DNA of 64,000 bases from an uncultured delta proteobacterium (GTDB taxonomy: Bacteria; Desulfobacterota; Desulfomonilia; UBA1062), in assembly GCA_963785235.1 (NCBI GenBank), contig CAWAUM010000007.1, positions 64,001 to 128,000 on the forward strand. Direction: 5' to 3'. Positions 1-11,785 of the stretch are shown in pieces. The notes under the pieces are model-generated. The model was not told the origin of the DNA. It did no database searches and was given only the letters and a program-made list of their open reading frames with translations. A program made the position numbers and the translations under genes. Position 1 is the stretch's first letter. Each line of letters opens with the position of its first letter.

Positions 1-174
1 AGGCAAAAGGTACTCCAGGGCAAAGAGTTGTTTATGGCCCTGATCCGCTCTGTATGGTAGAAGCCATTACAGCCCCGGTCTTTTCTGAAGAATACTGCAA
101 GTCTTTCCAGGATTGACGCATCCATATCATCTTGGATATAAGACCACACCTATGGATTATTTTCTCAACATTAT

Positions 175-2600
<2,426 letters not shown>

Positions 2601-2614
2601 TTGCGGGGGTTATA

Positions 2615-4186
2615 ATGGATAACTTCAAATTAAGGGGGATACTCATCCTTGTAGTGCTGGTTGTTGGGCTGGTCTTTGCCATCCCCAGCTTCCTCGGCAA
2701 GGGAGAGCTGCCCCAGGGATGGATCGGGCCCAAGTCAAAGTTGAAGCTGGGTCTTGACCTCCAGGGCGGCATCCATCTTGTCCTGAGGGTGGATTCGATA
2801 AAGGCCGTGGAACAACGACTGGGCATCATAGCGGGAGATCTCAAACCGCAGATGATAAGTGCACGCATACGTTATAACAAGACCGCTGTTCTTGCACCGG
2901 ACAAGCTTGTCGTCCAGGTCAGGACAAAGGAAGATTCGGATGCGCTGTCAAAGCTCATGCTCGAAGGTTATCCATACCTGACAGAGGTAGACAGCAAGAC
3001 TGACGAGGGTGCGACTGCGTTCACCTATCAGATGAAGTCCCAAGAGGTCCAAAAGTTAAGTGAACAGGCCGTGGCGCAGGCCCTTGAGACCATACGCAAC
3101 CGCGTTGACCAGTTAGGGGTTAGTGAAACATCCATCATCCCTGAGGGAAAGGAGAGGATAATTCTTCAGATCCCAGGACTTACCGATCCCGAGAGGGCCA
3201 AGAAGATTATCGGAAGGACCGCTGCACTCGAATTCAAGCTGGTTGACGAGGAACATTCAGTGGATAAAGCAGTTTCGGGTGATGTCCCTGAGGGCACCTA
3301 TGTTGCGTATATGAAGGATGGGAAGCAGCCCATTCTCCTGAAGCAACAGGCAGTACTGAACGGCAGCATGCTCGATGATGCACGGGTAAGCATCACGTCA
3401 GATAATCAGCCCTATGTCTCAATATCATTCAATCCCGAAGGCGGGCGGATTTTCGAAAGGGTTACTGGTGAGAATGTTGGCAAGAGGCTCGCAATCCTCC
3501 TGGACGGCAGGGTGTACTCGGCACCTGTAATCAGGGATGCTATTGCAGGCGGTAAGGCCATGATCGAGGGAAGGTTCAACGATCAGGAGGCCAAGGATCT
3601 GGCTATCGTGCTCAGGGCAGGAGCGTTGCCGGCCCCGGTGGAGATCCTGGAAGAACGGATTGTGGGCCCATCCATGGGTGATGATTCGATCCGTATGGGG
3701 ATTATGGCCTGCCTCGTAGGGGGATTACTGGTAATCATTTTCATGGCAGTATACTACAAGTTTTCCGGGATGCTGGCCAATCTGGCGCTCATCGGAAACA
3801 TCGTCCTTCTCACCGCGATAATGGCAGCCTTCCACGCAACACTGACCCTGCCCGGTATCGCAGGCATCGTGCTCACCATCGGTATGGCCGTGGATGCAAA
3901 TGTCCTGATCTTTGAACGGATACGGGAGGAGATCAGGCTCGGAAGGACCCCGAAGATGGCAATCGAGGCGGGATATAAAAACGCCATGTCTTCGGTTGTC
4001 GATTCTAACTTAACCACCCTCATCGCCGGGCTCATTCTGTTCCAGTTCGGAACCGGACCTATCAAGGGCTTTGCCGTAACCCTGTGCGTTGGAATCCTGA
4101 CCTCAATGTTCACCGCGCTCATGGTGTGCAGGTGGATCCAGGAATGGCTGGTCAATAACCGGAAGATCGAGCGGATCAGTATCTAG
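2615..4186 (+). CDS. secD: protein translocase subunit SecD
   Basis: KLGLDLQGG, IRNRVDQLGVSE, LRAGALPAP, LTLPGIAGIVLTIGMAVDANVLIFERIREE. Confidence 0.97.
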   Translation: MDNFKLRGILILVVLVVGLVFAIPSFLGKGELPQGWIGPKSKLKLGLDLQGGIHLVLRVDSIKAVEQRLGIIAGDLKPQMISARIRYNKTAVLAPDKLVVQVRTKEDSDALSKLMLEGYPYLTEVDSKTDEGATAFTYQMKSQEVQKLSEQAVAQALETIRNRVDQLGVSETSIIPEGKERIILQIPGLTDPERAKKIIGRTAALEFKLVDEEHSVDKAVSGDVPEGTYVAYMKDGKQPILLKQQAVLNGSMLDDARVSITSDNQPYVSISFNPEGGRIFERVTGENVGKRLAILLDGRVYSAPVIRDAIAGGKAMIEGRFNDQEAKDLAIVLRAGALPAPVEILEERIVGPSMGDDSIRMGIMACLVGGLLVIIFMAVYYKFSGMLANLALIGNIVLLTAIMAAFHATLTLPGIAGIVLTIGMAVDANVLIFERIREEIRLGRTPKMAIEAGYKNAMSSVVDSNLTTLIAGLILFQFGTGPIKGFAVTLCVGILTSMFTALMVCRWIQEWLVNNRKIERISI

Positions 4187-4195
4187 GAGGCTGCA

Positions 4196-5101
4196 ATGGA
4201 ATTCATCAAACCGAATATCTATATTGATTTCATGGGGATGCGAAAGATCAGCCTTGGGGTATCGTTATGCCTTTTCATAGTGAGCATCATTTGCATGATG
4301 CCTTTTGTCCGCGGATTTAATTTCGGGACAGAATTCTCAGGCGGCACGGAGATCCAGGTAGCACTTCCGGGGAGCGTGCAGGCACAGGACGTGAGAAAGG
4401 CCCTGACCCCTCTGAAGCTTGCCGAACTCCGTATCCAGAGCATATCGAGCGAAAAAGGCAATGAGTACCTCATCAGGGTTCCGACTATGAGCGAGTCGGG
4501 AAAGGATATCGCCCAGATGATAGAGAAAAGCCTGAGAGATACCTTTGGCAAGGATAAGGTGGATATCAGGCGGGCTGATATGGTGGGCGCTGCGGTCAGC
4601 AAGGACATCAAAATGAAGGGGCTCCTGTCAATGATCTATGCCTGGATAGGTATCCTTATCTATGTATGGATCAGGTTCGAGTTCAGTTACTCGGTTGGGG
4701 CCATCCTTGCCCTTATTCATGACGCCACCATAACCTTGGGTGTATTTGCCCTCGTGGGCAAGGAGATAAACCTTACCATTGTCGCAGCGATCCTTACCAT
4801 CATCGGTTTTTCCGTAAACGATACCGTCGTGGTCTTCGACCGGATCAGGGAGAACATCAAGAAGAAGAGCGGGTCATTTGACCTCTTCACGGTAATCAAT
4901 GAGAGCACAAGCCAGACGCTCAGCAGGACGATCCTTACCTCCTTTACCGTGTTTCTTGTCGTGGTGGCGCTGTTCTTCCTTGGCGGGAGCGTGATTCACG
5001 ACTTCGCATTTGCCATGATCATCGGGGTAGTTATCGGAACCTACTCGTCCATCTTCATTGCAAGCCCCATCATGGCCATGCTGCATAGAGAAAAGAAATG
5101 A
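4196..5101 (+). CDS. secF: protein translocase subunit SecF
   Basis: FNFGTEFSGG, GFSVNDTVVVFDRIREN, GTYSSIFIASP. Confidence 0.97.
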   Translation: MEFIKPNIYIDFMGMRKISLGVSLCLFIVSIICMMPFVRGFNFGTEFSGGTEIQVALPGSVQAQDVRKALTPLKLAELRIQSISSEKGNEYLIRVPTMSESGKDIAQMIEKSLRDTFGKDKVDIRRADMVGAAVSKDIKMKGLLSMIYAWIGILIYVWIRFEFSYSVGAILALIHDATITLGVFALVGKEINLTIVAAILTIIGFSVNDTVVVFDRIRENIKKKSGSFDLFTVINESTSQTLSRTILTSFTVFLVVVALFFLGGSVIHDFAFAMIIGVVIGTYSSIFIASPIMAMLHREKK

Positions 5102-5105
5102 TTCG

Positions 5106-5134
5106 TGAGGGGGGGGCATTTCAGCCCCCCCTCA
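5106..5134. terminator. GC-rich hairpin between convergent secF and decarboxylase genes
   Basis: TGAGGGGGGGGC-ATTTCA-GCCCCCCCTCA stem-loop right after secF stop; no long U-tract. Confidence 0.6.
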
Positions 5135-5188
5135 TGTTCTCAATCAGTTTATGTAAGAATATGTGAGTTGTGATATAGACAGGATTTG

Positions 5189-6901
5189 TTATGCAGTCTT
5201 GAGAAGTCCTTTAGAATCAAGGCAGCCCCTCTTCATGTTCCGCCACAACTTGATTCCCATGCTTCTGTGCTCATTCAGTATCTGCTTGAGCATGTAACGT
5301 TCCGTGTTAGGGTTGATGGTTATGGCCCTGAGAACTACAATCTTTCTTGGTGCGTATCTTGTAGACTCTATCCTGGTACGGGACACGAAAGACATATCAT
5401 GATCACGTATGGTCTTGTGCAGCTCTATGTTAAGGTTGTTTATAAGCTTGTTGATGGTGGTGATGCGGTCTGAGTTCTTTCTGGGATTCTTCATCAACTC
5501 GTTAAGCAGAGATCTCAACTCCTCAGGGATGAACCGGTAATTAATGATAAAGAGTTCAGGTTTGTTCATCAGCTCGAAAAGAGGGTCCCGTTCGATAAAT
5601 TCTACGAAGGTGTTCTGCAGATCGCGTGCATGGTCAAAGATGAGCTTGTAGCCGTTTTTACCAAAGATCTTTATGGACGCCCATGGTTTGAGGCAAGAAA
5701 AAGATCGTGACCCTTCAATGGTGAATCTGCCCTGGTCCACTGAACCTTCGCGGATGATGTAGTTTGATGTATGGTAGAGAAATTTGGAATCATCCACATC
5801 CTTGAAAACGCATATGCCCAAGCTGTTTGGGACATAAAGGAGCTTATGGGCATCCATGGTTACGGAGTCGGCCTTCTCGATACCCCGCATCATATCACGT
5901 GCGCCATCCATGAGCAGTGCTCCGCCGCCCCATGCGGCATCCACATGGAAATGGGCACCGAGTTGCTGCGCGATTTCAGCCAGAGAATCTAGGTCATCGA
6001 TGTTGCCTGTCTCGGTTGTTCCTGCAATACCGATGATGGCAACGAATTTCGTTGGTTTCCCGACAGTCTTGTCTTCTTTTCTTATCTTCTCTACAATGCA
6101 CTGAAGCTTGTTGATATCAATTTTGTTGATGCAGGGTTGAACAGGAATGTGTATTACACCCTGCTCGCCGATACCGAGTATGGTGCCTGCCTTGCAGATG
6201 GAGTAATGCCCGCGCTTGGAAACGAGGATGACTGCCTGCCTGTAACCGTAGTGATCCAGTGCCCTGGCGAGCCCTTCAACCCTTACCCCCCTGAACCCTT
6301 TGTTATCGGGTGGAAACGCCTTGGCCATGGCAAGGGTCAGCGCAGTGATGTTGGCAACGGTGCCATCTGAGGTGATATTGCCCAGCACAATTTTCGGGTT
6401 CTGGATATTTTTCTTATAGAAATCAGGGGTGCTGTTATAGATGAGCCGGTGAATCCAGCACAGGAACTCCCTTTCTACAAAGGATGATGCCTTGGCGCTC
6501 TCTATCTTCACCTGATTCTGGTTGAGGCTTACGGCAATCATCTCAAGCAGGATCATGAAATAGGGAATAGCACTTGTCATGTGGCCGATATAATAAGGGT
6601 TGGCAACTTTTACCGAATGCTTGACGATGTTATGTTTGATCTCATCAAGGACGTCCTTGATGAGATGAGGATGGCAAGGCATCTCGATATTGTTAAAAAT
6701 ATCTGCTAGATCTTCCATAGATACGGAAGAATGGATACCGCCCTTCTCTTTAAAAAAATCGTGAATAAGGTCGAGCAGATGAACGCCGAACTCCACGAAC
6801 CTGTCCGATGAGTCGGGCATTATGAAGAGCTTCTTCATATATTCCGGAGTGCTTTCGATCATCTTTTCTATCGGCTCCCCGCCGAGCTTAAGTGACTCCA
6901 T
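5189..6901 (-). CDS. panP: group II PLP-dependent decarboxylase, PanP-like (putative aspartate 1-decarboxylase)
   Basis: NPYYIGHMTSAIPYFM, LNQNQVKIESAK, GIAGTTETGNID, FHVDAAWGG, DSVTMDAHK (PLP Lys), EGSR; ORF opens at 6931, ATG at 6901 chosen. Confidence 0.75.
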   Translation of the reverse strand: MESLKLGGEPIEKMIESTPEYMKKLFIMPDSSDRFVEFGVHLLDLIHDFFKEKGGIHSSVSMEDLADIFNNIEMPCHPHLIKDVLDEIKHNIVKHSVKVANPYYIGHMTSAIPYFMILLEMIAVSLNQNQVKIESAKASSFVEREFLCWIHRLIYNSTPDFYKKNIQNPKIVLGNITSDGTVANITALTLAMAKAFPPDNKGFRGVRVEGLARALDHYGYRQAVILVSKRGHYSICKAGTILGIGEQGVIHIPVQPCINKIDINKLQCIVEKIRKEDKTVGKPTKFVAIIGIAGTTETGNIDDLDSLAEIAQQLGAHFHVDAAWGGGALLMDGARDMMRGIEKADSVTMDAHKLLYVPNSLGICVFKDVDDSKFLYHTSNYIIREGSVDQGRFTIEGSRSFSCLKPWASIKIFGKNGYKLIFDHARDLQNTFVEFIERDPLFELMNKPELFIINYRFIPEELRSLLNELMKNPRKNSDRITTINKLINNLNIELHKTIRDHDMSFVSRTRIESTRYAPRKIVVLRAITINPNTERYMLKQILNEHRSMGIKLWRNMKRGCLDSKGLLKTA

Positions 6902-6987
6902 GGTGAGGTCTCTTTCTTCCCTTAGCGGCAAAAAACATATATACCATAAGACAGGTATTGGTAAAAAGGAGAAAGTATTAAAAGTTT

Positions 6988-7818
6988 ATGGATAAATCGA
7001 CTCTGTATTTAGTCCCTACACCCATCGGTAATCTCAAGGATATAACCTTCAGGGCCATTGATATTCTTGAAAAGGTGGATTTAATCCTCTGTGAGGACAC
7101 AAGGCATACGAAAAAGCTCCTTACCCATTATGGAATCAGTAAGCCAATGGTAAGCTGCGAACGTTTCAGTGAGGCAAGGAAAATTGCATATATCCTCGAT
7201 CAACTTGATGGGGGAAAGAATATTGCGCTGGTGAGTGATGCAGGAACACCTACCATTTCAGACCCTGGATCGAGGCTTGTAGCACAGGTACATGCCAAAG
7301 GTGGCAGGGTTGAAGCCTTACCAGGACCATGTGCATGTATCACCGCATTATCGGGATCAGGTTTTGAGGCGCCTTTTCGTTTCATCGGGTTTTTTCCGAG
7401 GCAGAAAGACTTAACTGAAAAAGAGCTTTTAAGGATGAAGGCATCGACAGATGCAACTATCTGCTATGAGTCTCCACGGAGGCTCTTGTCCATGATGAAA
7501 CTCATAAAAGGGTATATGCCTGAGCGGAAATTATGTGTTGCAAGAGAGCTTACCAAGATCCATGAAGAATACATGATTGGAACAGCAGATGAGTTGATCT
7601 CCCTACTGGAAGACCATGAGATCAAGGGAGAGGTGACGTTAATAGTCAGTGGGGCCTCCACCAATGAAATTCTTGATCCTGATTCAATAAAAGACCGCGC
7701 CATGTCTCTGTTGGAATCGGGCCATTCCAGGAAGGATGTCCTCCATGTGCTCTCCCAGGAGACAGGCATCGGAAGGAATGAAATTTATAAAATGCTTATC
7801 GATCTAAAAAAAGATTAA
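6988..7818 (+). CDS. rsmI: 16S rRNA (cytidine1402-2'-O)-methyltransferase
   Basis: LYLVPTPIGNLKDIT, CEDTRHT, LVSDAGTPTISDPG, YESPRR, ARELTKIHEE. Confidence 0.95.
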   Translation: MDKSTLYLVPTPIGNLKDITFRAIDILEKVDLILCEDTRHTKKLLTHYGISKPMVSCERFSEARKIAYILDQLDGGKNIALVSDAGTPTISDPGSRLVAQVHAKGGRVEALPGPCACITALSGSGFEAPFRFIGFFPRQKDLTEKELLRMKASTDATICYESPRRLLSMMKLIKGYMPERKLCVARELTKIHEEYMIGTADELISLLEDHEIKGEVTLIVSGASTNEILDPDSIKDRAMSLLESGHSRKDVLHVLSQETGIGRNEIYKMLIDLKKD

Positions 7819-7842
7819 AGTATTATGAATGGCCACCGATAA
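7816..7842 (+). promoter_or_regulatory. sigma28 (FliA)-type promoter
   Basis: TAAA(7816-7819)-N15-ACCGATAA(7835-7842) versus consensus TAAA-N15-GCCGATAA; 33 nt before the 7875 ATG. Confidence 0.75.
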
Positions 7843-7874
7843 GTTAAAGGTATAACACTTGAAAGGGGACCGCC

Positions 7875-8141
7875 ATGAAGGTCAATCCTGAATTGGGAAA
7901 TGTAATTAATATTATAACGAAAGAGAAAGACTCTGAATTCAAGAAGAGGACACAAGATGTAAGGTCTCAGGACCGGATTGAAGATATTGTGTCAGTTGAG
8001 AATAAACAGGCGGCAGCGTCCCGAGTGGAGAATGTTGAAGAGGCAAAAAAGATTCTCTCTTATGTGACCAAGGGCATTGAAAATGTATCATCAGGGCTTT
8101 ACAGCCTTGATTATCAGCGAGTATCAAAAGTTATCAACTGA
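7875..8141 (+). CDS. 88-aa protein with a flagellin C-terminal-like motif
   Basis: RBS AAAGGGG; ENKQAAASRVENVEEAKK resembles flagellin ENLxAAxSRIxDVDxAxE; sigma28 promoter upstream. Confidence 0.65.
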   Translation: MKVNPELGNVINIITKEKDSEFKKRTQDVRSQDRIEDIVSVENKQAAASRVENVEEAKKILSYVTKGIENVSSGLYSLDYQRVSKVIN

Positions 8142-8158
8142 GTAAGCTTTTTAGTATG

Positions 8159-8180
8159 CCTTTGGGGTAATTCCCAAAGG
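8159..8180. terminator. hairpin between convergent genes
   Basis: CCTTTGGG-GTAATT-CCCAAAGG 8-bp stem. Confidence 0.45.
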
Positions 8181-8318
8181 TAAAAGGATCAAGAGGCATT
8201 TTTTACCAATGCCATTGCCATTAAACTTCGAATACCCTCACCACAAAGAATATCTAATTTAAATAAACCTTGTTTAACGTATAATATTGCCGGGAAAACT
8301 GGAAATGAAAGAAGATTC

Positions 8319-9395
8319 TCAGCTGTTCTGAATAAGATCAGTGCCTTCTTGATCAGGATCAAGCATGACCCTGTGGATGCGTTTCAGATCCCTCGTGATT
8401 TCAGGCGTGAGGATACTCTCTATCTTGGGTTGCTTGTTGATATAACGGTAATAGTCATCACCGATATAAGGGCCCTTAATCTCTTGGGTGAAGTTCTTGG
8501 CTGCAATGTCGGATATGGTCAAGATTGCTAGTTCTTTGATAATATCGTTACAGGATTGGCCGATTTCTCGTAAGGGCCAGAACATGGGCCAGTGATGCTT
8601 CTCAATACACGAGACAAGACGAGGGGGCATACCCCAGCGTTTTGCAAGGACAGCTCCAAGTGTTGCGTGATCAATACCGAAATGATCAATCTCCTGTTTC
8701 AGCCTTTGCCTCGGATCTACCGAGAACGCGTTGGTAGGAGGAGCAAGTGACGTTATCATGATGGTTCGTGCAATATCATGGAGCATGCCAAGAGTAACCA
8801 TTGTTCCTCCCGGCACTCCAAGACGGCTTGTGCTCGCAAGGTAAGCGGCAATGCTAGATGTCAGATTTGCATGTACCCACTGTGCCTTGTCCGGTTTAAT
8901 ACCGATCTTGTGCGTCCTCTCTTCCATAACAATCCGGTAGATCTCGTTATAGCCGAGGATAACAATAGCGTTGAAGATGTTGTCCACCTTCTGTAGAAGG
9001 GCATAATAGGGCGAATTCACACGTTTAAGGATAAAAGAGGTGAGTCCTTGGTCTTGAATAATTATCTTGCTGATTTCTTTTGGGTTTATATCAGGATCAT
9101 TAAGCTTGGATGAAAGTTCGGTGATGAGAGGAGAAATATTTTCGATCTTGTTGACGATCTCTTCAATCTGCGGAGGTATCTGTCTATTTTCGTCACGAAG
9201 AGGTTTCCAGTCCAGGTTATAGGCATCATGAAATGTATTGATAGCATCATCTGTTGGTGCTGTGACATATCTTGCGGGCGATTTCTTAAGGATTGGTTTC
9301 TTTTTTTCGGTCTTTATGCTGGTGAAGGCAATATATACCCCGATGCATGCAGACAGGATTATTAAAGCCCATAGAAACACATTAATATCCATCAA
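8319..9395 (-). CDS. HDOD-domain protein with N-terminal TM anchor
   Basis: DQGLTSFILKRVNSPYY, AIVILGY, GMLHDIAR, FGIDHATLGAVLAKRWGMP, KHH. Confidence 0.85.
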   Translation of the reverse strand: MMDINVFLWALIILSACIGVYIAFTSIKTEKKKPILKKSPARYVTAPTDDAINTFHDAYNLDWKPLRDENRQIPPQIEEIVNKIENISPLITELSSKLNDPDINPKEISKIIIQDQGLTSFILKRVNSPYYALLQKVDNIFNAIVILGYNEIYRIVMEERTHKIGIKPDKAQWVHANLTSSIAAYLASTSRLGVPGGTMVTLGMLHDIARTIMITSLAPPTNAFSVDPRQRLKQEIDHFGIDHATLGAVLAKRWGMPPRLVSCIEKHHWPMFWPLREIGQSCNDIIKELAILTISDIAAKNFTQEIKGPYIGDDYYRYINKQPKIESILTPEITRDLKRIHRVMLDPDQEGTDLIQNS

Positions 9396-9556
9396 AGATC
9401 TTATCGGGATATGCGAAACGGCTCTTTAGGCATAAATTATGAGTAACAATATCGTATAGGTGGATTTCTGGTGAAATAAATCCCGTGTTGCTGTGGCACT
9501 AAAGTCTATGCCTTCATTCTATTAAGTAACATACCCATTATACCGACTGATTTAAT

Positions 9557-10456
9557 GTGAAAGGTAACATTAATCCCGAGACCGAACGGGAACACATCAA
9601 GGAGATCCTGGACAGGGCTCCTGAAATTCTCACCCTGCCCAGCATTATCAATGAGATCATGGATGTGATCTCCAGGAAGAACTCATCCGCTACAGACCTT
9701 ACCAATATCATTGAGAGTGATCCTGCACTTACCACAAGGATTCTCACCGTGGCAAATTCGGCATATTATGGGTTTGTAAAGAAGATTTCCACAATATCTC
9801 ATGCGGTAGTCGTTCTCGGGTTCAAAGAGATTCAGAATATTGCCCTGGGCATGTCTGTGCTCCAGATGTTTAACAGAAAAGGGTCCGAGTTTTCGGAACA
9901 GTTATGGAAGCACAGCTTTTCTGTTGGAGTAGGCACAAAGATGATCGCCCAGTACCTGAATCTGAAGATAGATGGAAAGTACTTTGTTGGAGGGCTTCTT
10001 CATGATGTGGGGAAAATATTCATCTCCCAGTATATGACCGATACCTTCAGCAATCTTCTTGATGCCATTGATGAAGAAGGCAACAATTATAGCTATCATG
10101 CAGTTGAGAAGAGGTTTTTTGGAATTACACACTCAGAAGTCGGTGAGATTTTACTGAATTCATGGATGTTTCCTCCCGACGTAGTGAATGCTGTTGCGCA
10201 TCATCATTCCCCGGTAATGTCAGAGGTCGATCCGATTTTTGCCGTTTGCGTGCATCTGGCCGACGTTATGTGCACGGCAAAGGGGATAACGCCATTGAAA
10301 GACCAACATTTTATTACTGTTGATCGGGATATTTTGCCGATAATACAGGAACGCAGGCATCACTTTACTACTGAAGACATCATATCACTAATGTCCCAGC
10401 TCGATATTGAGATCGAGAGACAGAACAGCTTTATGACAGCCTTTAAAAGAAATTAG
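9557..10456 (+). CDS. HDOD-domain protein
   Basis: DPALTTRILTVANSAYYG, AVVVLGF, GLLHDVGK, GITHSEVG...W.FP, AHHH; GTG start. Confidence 0.9.
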   Translation: MKGNINPETEREHIKEILDRAPEILTLPSIINEIMDVISRKNSSATDLTNIIESDPALTTRILTVANSAYYGFVKKISTISHAVVVLGFKEIQNIALGMSVLQMFNRKGSEFSEQLWKHSFSVGVGTKMIAQYLNLKIDGKYFVGGLLHDVGKIFISQYMTDTFSNLLDAIDEEGNNYSYHAVEKRFFGITHSEVGEILLNSWMFPPDVVNAVAHHHSPVMSEVDPIFAVCVHLADVMCTAKGITPLKDQHFITVDRDILPIIQERRHHFTTEDIISLMSQLDIEIERQNSFMTAFKRN

Positions 10457-10503
10457 TAATCAGGGTATTCCTTTAGCTGCAATAACTCCGGAAATAAAAA
10501 GGG

Positions 10504-11706
10504 TCATGAAGGGGATTTCAAGAGCCTGTTCAGCAACGTATGACCTTCCTCTATAAAGACACCGGTGCTGCGGGCAGTATTCTCTGTGAAACAACGTGGA
10601 CTTTTTATTGTCCGGGTGCTGTCATAGATCACATAAGGCACCGGGTCAGATGTATGGGTTTTTTTGCATATGGGGGTTGGGTGGTCAGGAAGGACCAGAA
10701 GCCTGAAGGAAGCGTTGCTCGCATTCAGTCTTTCAAGTATGCGCCCGACGATCTTGGCATCAAAATCCTCGATGGCCCTGATCTTCTCTTTTAAATGTCC
10801 TCCATGTCCGGCTTCGTCCGGGGACTCCACATGGACATAAACGAAATCATGGCGATTCAGAGCATCTATGGCAGCATCAGCCTTGCCAAGGTAGTTGGTG
10901 TCGATCCAGCCGGTAGCACCAGGTACGTTGATCACCTCCATGCCTCTGAGTCTCCCAAGCCCTTTGAGAAGATCCACCGCAGAGATCATGGCCCCGGATA
11001 TGGTGTATTCTTTCTGAAGGGTAGGGACTTGCATTGCTTTTCCTTCACCCCAGGGCCACAGTGATGTGGCCTGGCGTTTACCCATGTTCAATCTCTTTAT
11101 ATTGATGGGCTGGTCTTTCAAGAATGAAAAAGATTTGTTGATGATATCGACCAGCACGGGATCATTGGGGAGAAACTGATCTATGCGCTCACCGGTTATG
11201 TCATGGGGCGGTGTGGTCTTCAAACCGGGCATATGATAACCATGGATGACCATGAGATGCCGGTACTCGATGCCTGGATACATGGCTATTGACGGATTAT
11301 CGGCCACGATATTTGAGAGATTCACGATGAGTTCATGCGCCTCCTCAGTGGTGATGTGGTCCGAACAGTAGTCCTCCATAATCAGGTGGCCATCTTTTGA
11401 TTTGATTGTTACCAGATTGATTCTGAAGGCGGTATCTTCAGGCGCAAGATCAACACCCATACTCACGGCCTCGATAGGTGCCCGGCCTGTGTAGTATCGG
11501 GAAGGGTCCAGGCCCAGCACAGTCATGTTCGCCACATCGCTACCCGGAGGAAAACCTTTCTTTACTGTCCTTACCATTCCAAATTCTCCCTGGGAGGCAA
11601 GGGAGTCCATAAAGGGTGTATGGGCAACTTCAAGCGGCGTCCTGGTGCCAAGCTCTGCCAAGGGCTCGTCAGCCATTCCATCACCGAGCAGGATAATGCT
11701 TTTCAT
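10504..11706 (-). CDS. apgM: ApgM-type cofactor-independent phosphoglycerate mutase family protein (hom-linked subfamily)
   Basis: LGDGMADEP, TPLEVA.TP.MD, PGSDVAN, YTGRAPIEA, HVESPDEAGHGG, LPDHPTP..HT.DPVP. Confidence 0.88.
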   Translation of the reverse strand: MKSIILLGDGMADEPLAELGTRTPLEVAHTPFMDSLASQGEFGMVRTVKKGFPPGSDVANMTVLGLDPSRYYTGRAPIEAVSMGVDLAPEDTAFRINLVTIKSKDGHLIMEDYCSDHITTEEAHELIVNLSNIVADNPSIAMYPGIEYRHLMVIHGYHMPGLKTTPPHDITGERIDQFLPNDPVLVDIINKSFSFLKDQPINIKRLNMGKRQATSLWPWGEGKAMQVPTLQKEYTISGAMISAVDLLKGLGRLRGMEVINVPGATGWIDTNYLGKADAAIDALNRHDFVYVHVESPDEAGHGGHLKEKIRAIEDFDAKIVGRILERLNASNASFRLLVLPDHPTPICKKTHTSDPVPYVIYDSTRTIKSPRCFTENTARSTGVFIEEGHTLLNRLLKSPS

Positions 11707-11785
11707 GTAATACAGTCTCCTTCAGTACGGTTATCCTTAAAAAAGGAGAACCACCAGTTATAGTGGAATGCCCCCGGGGCACTCT

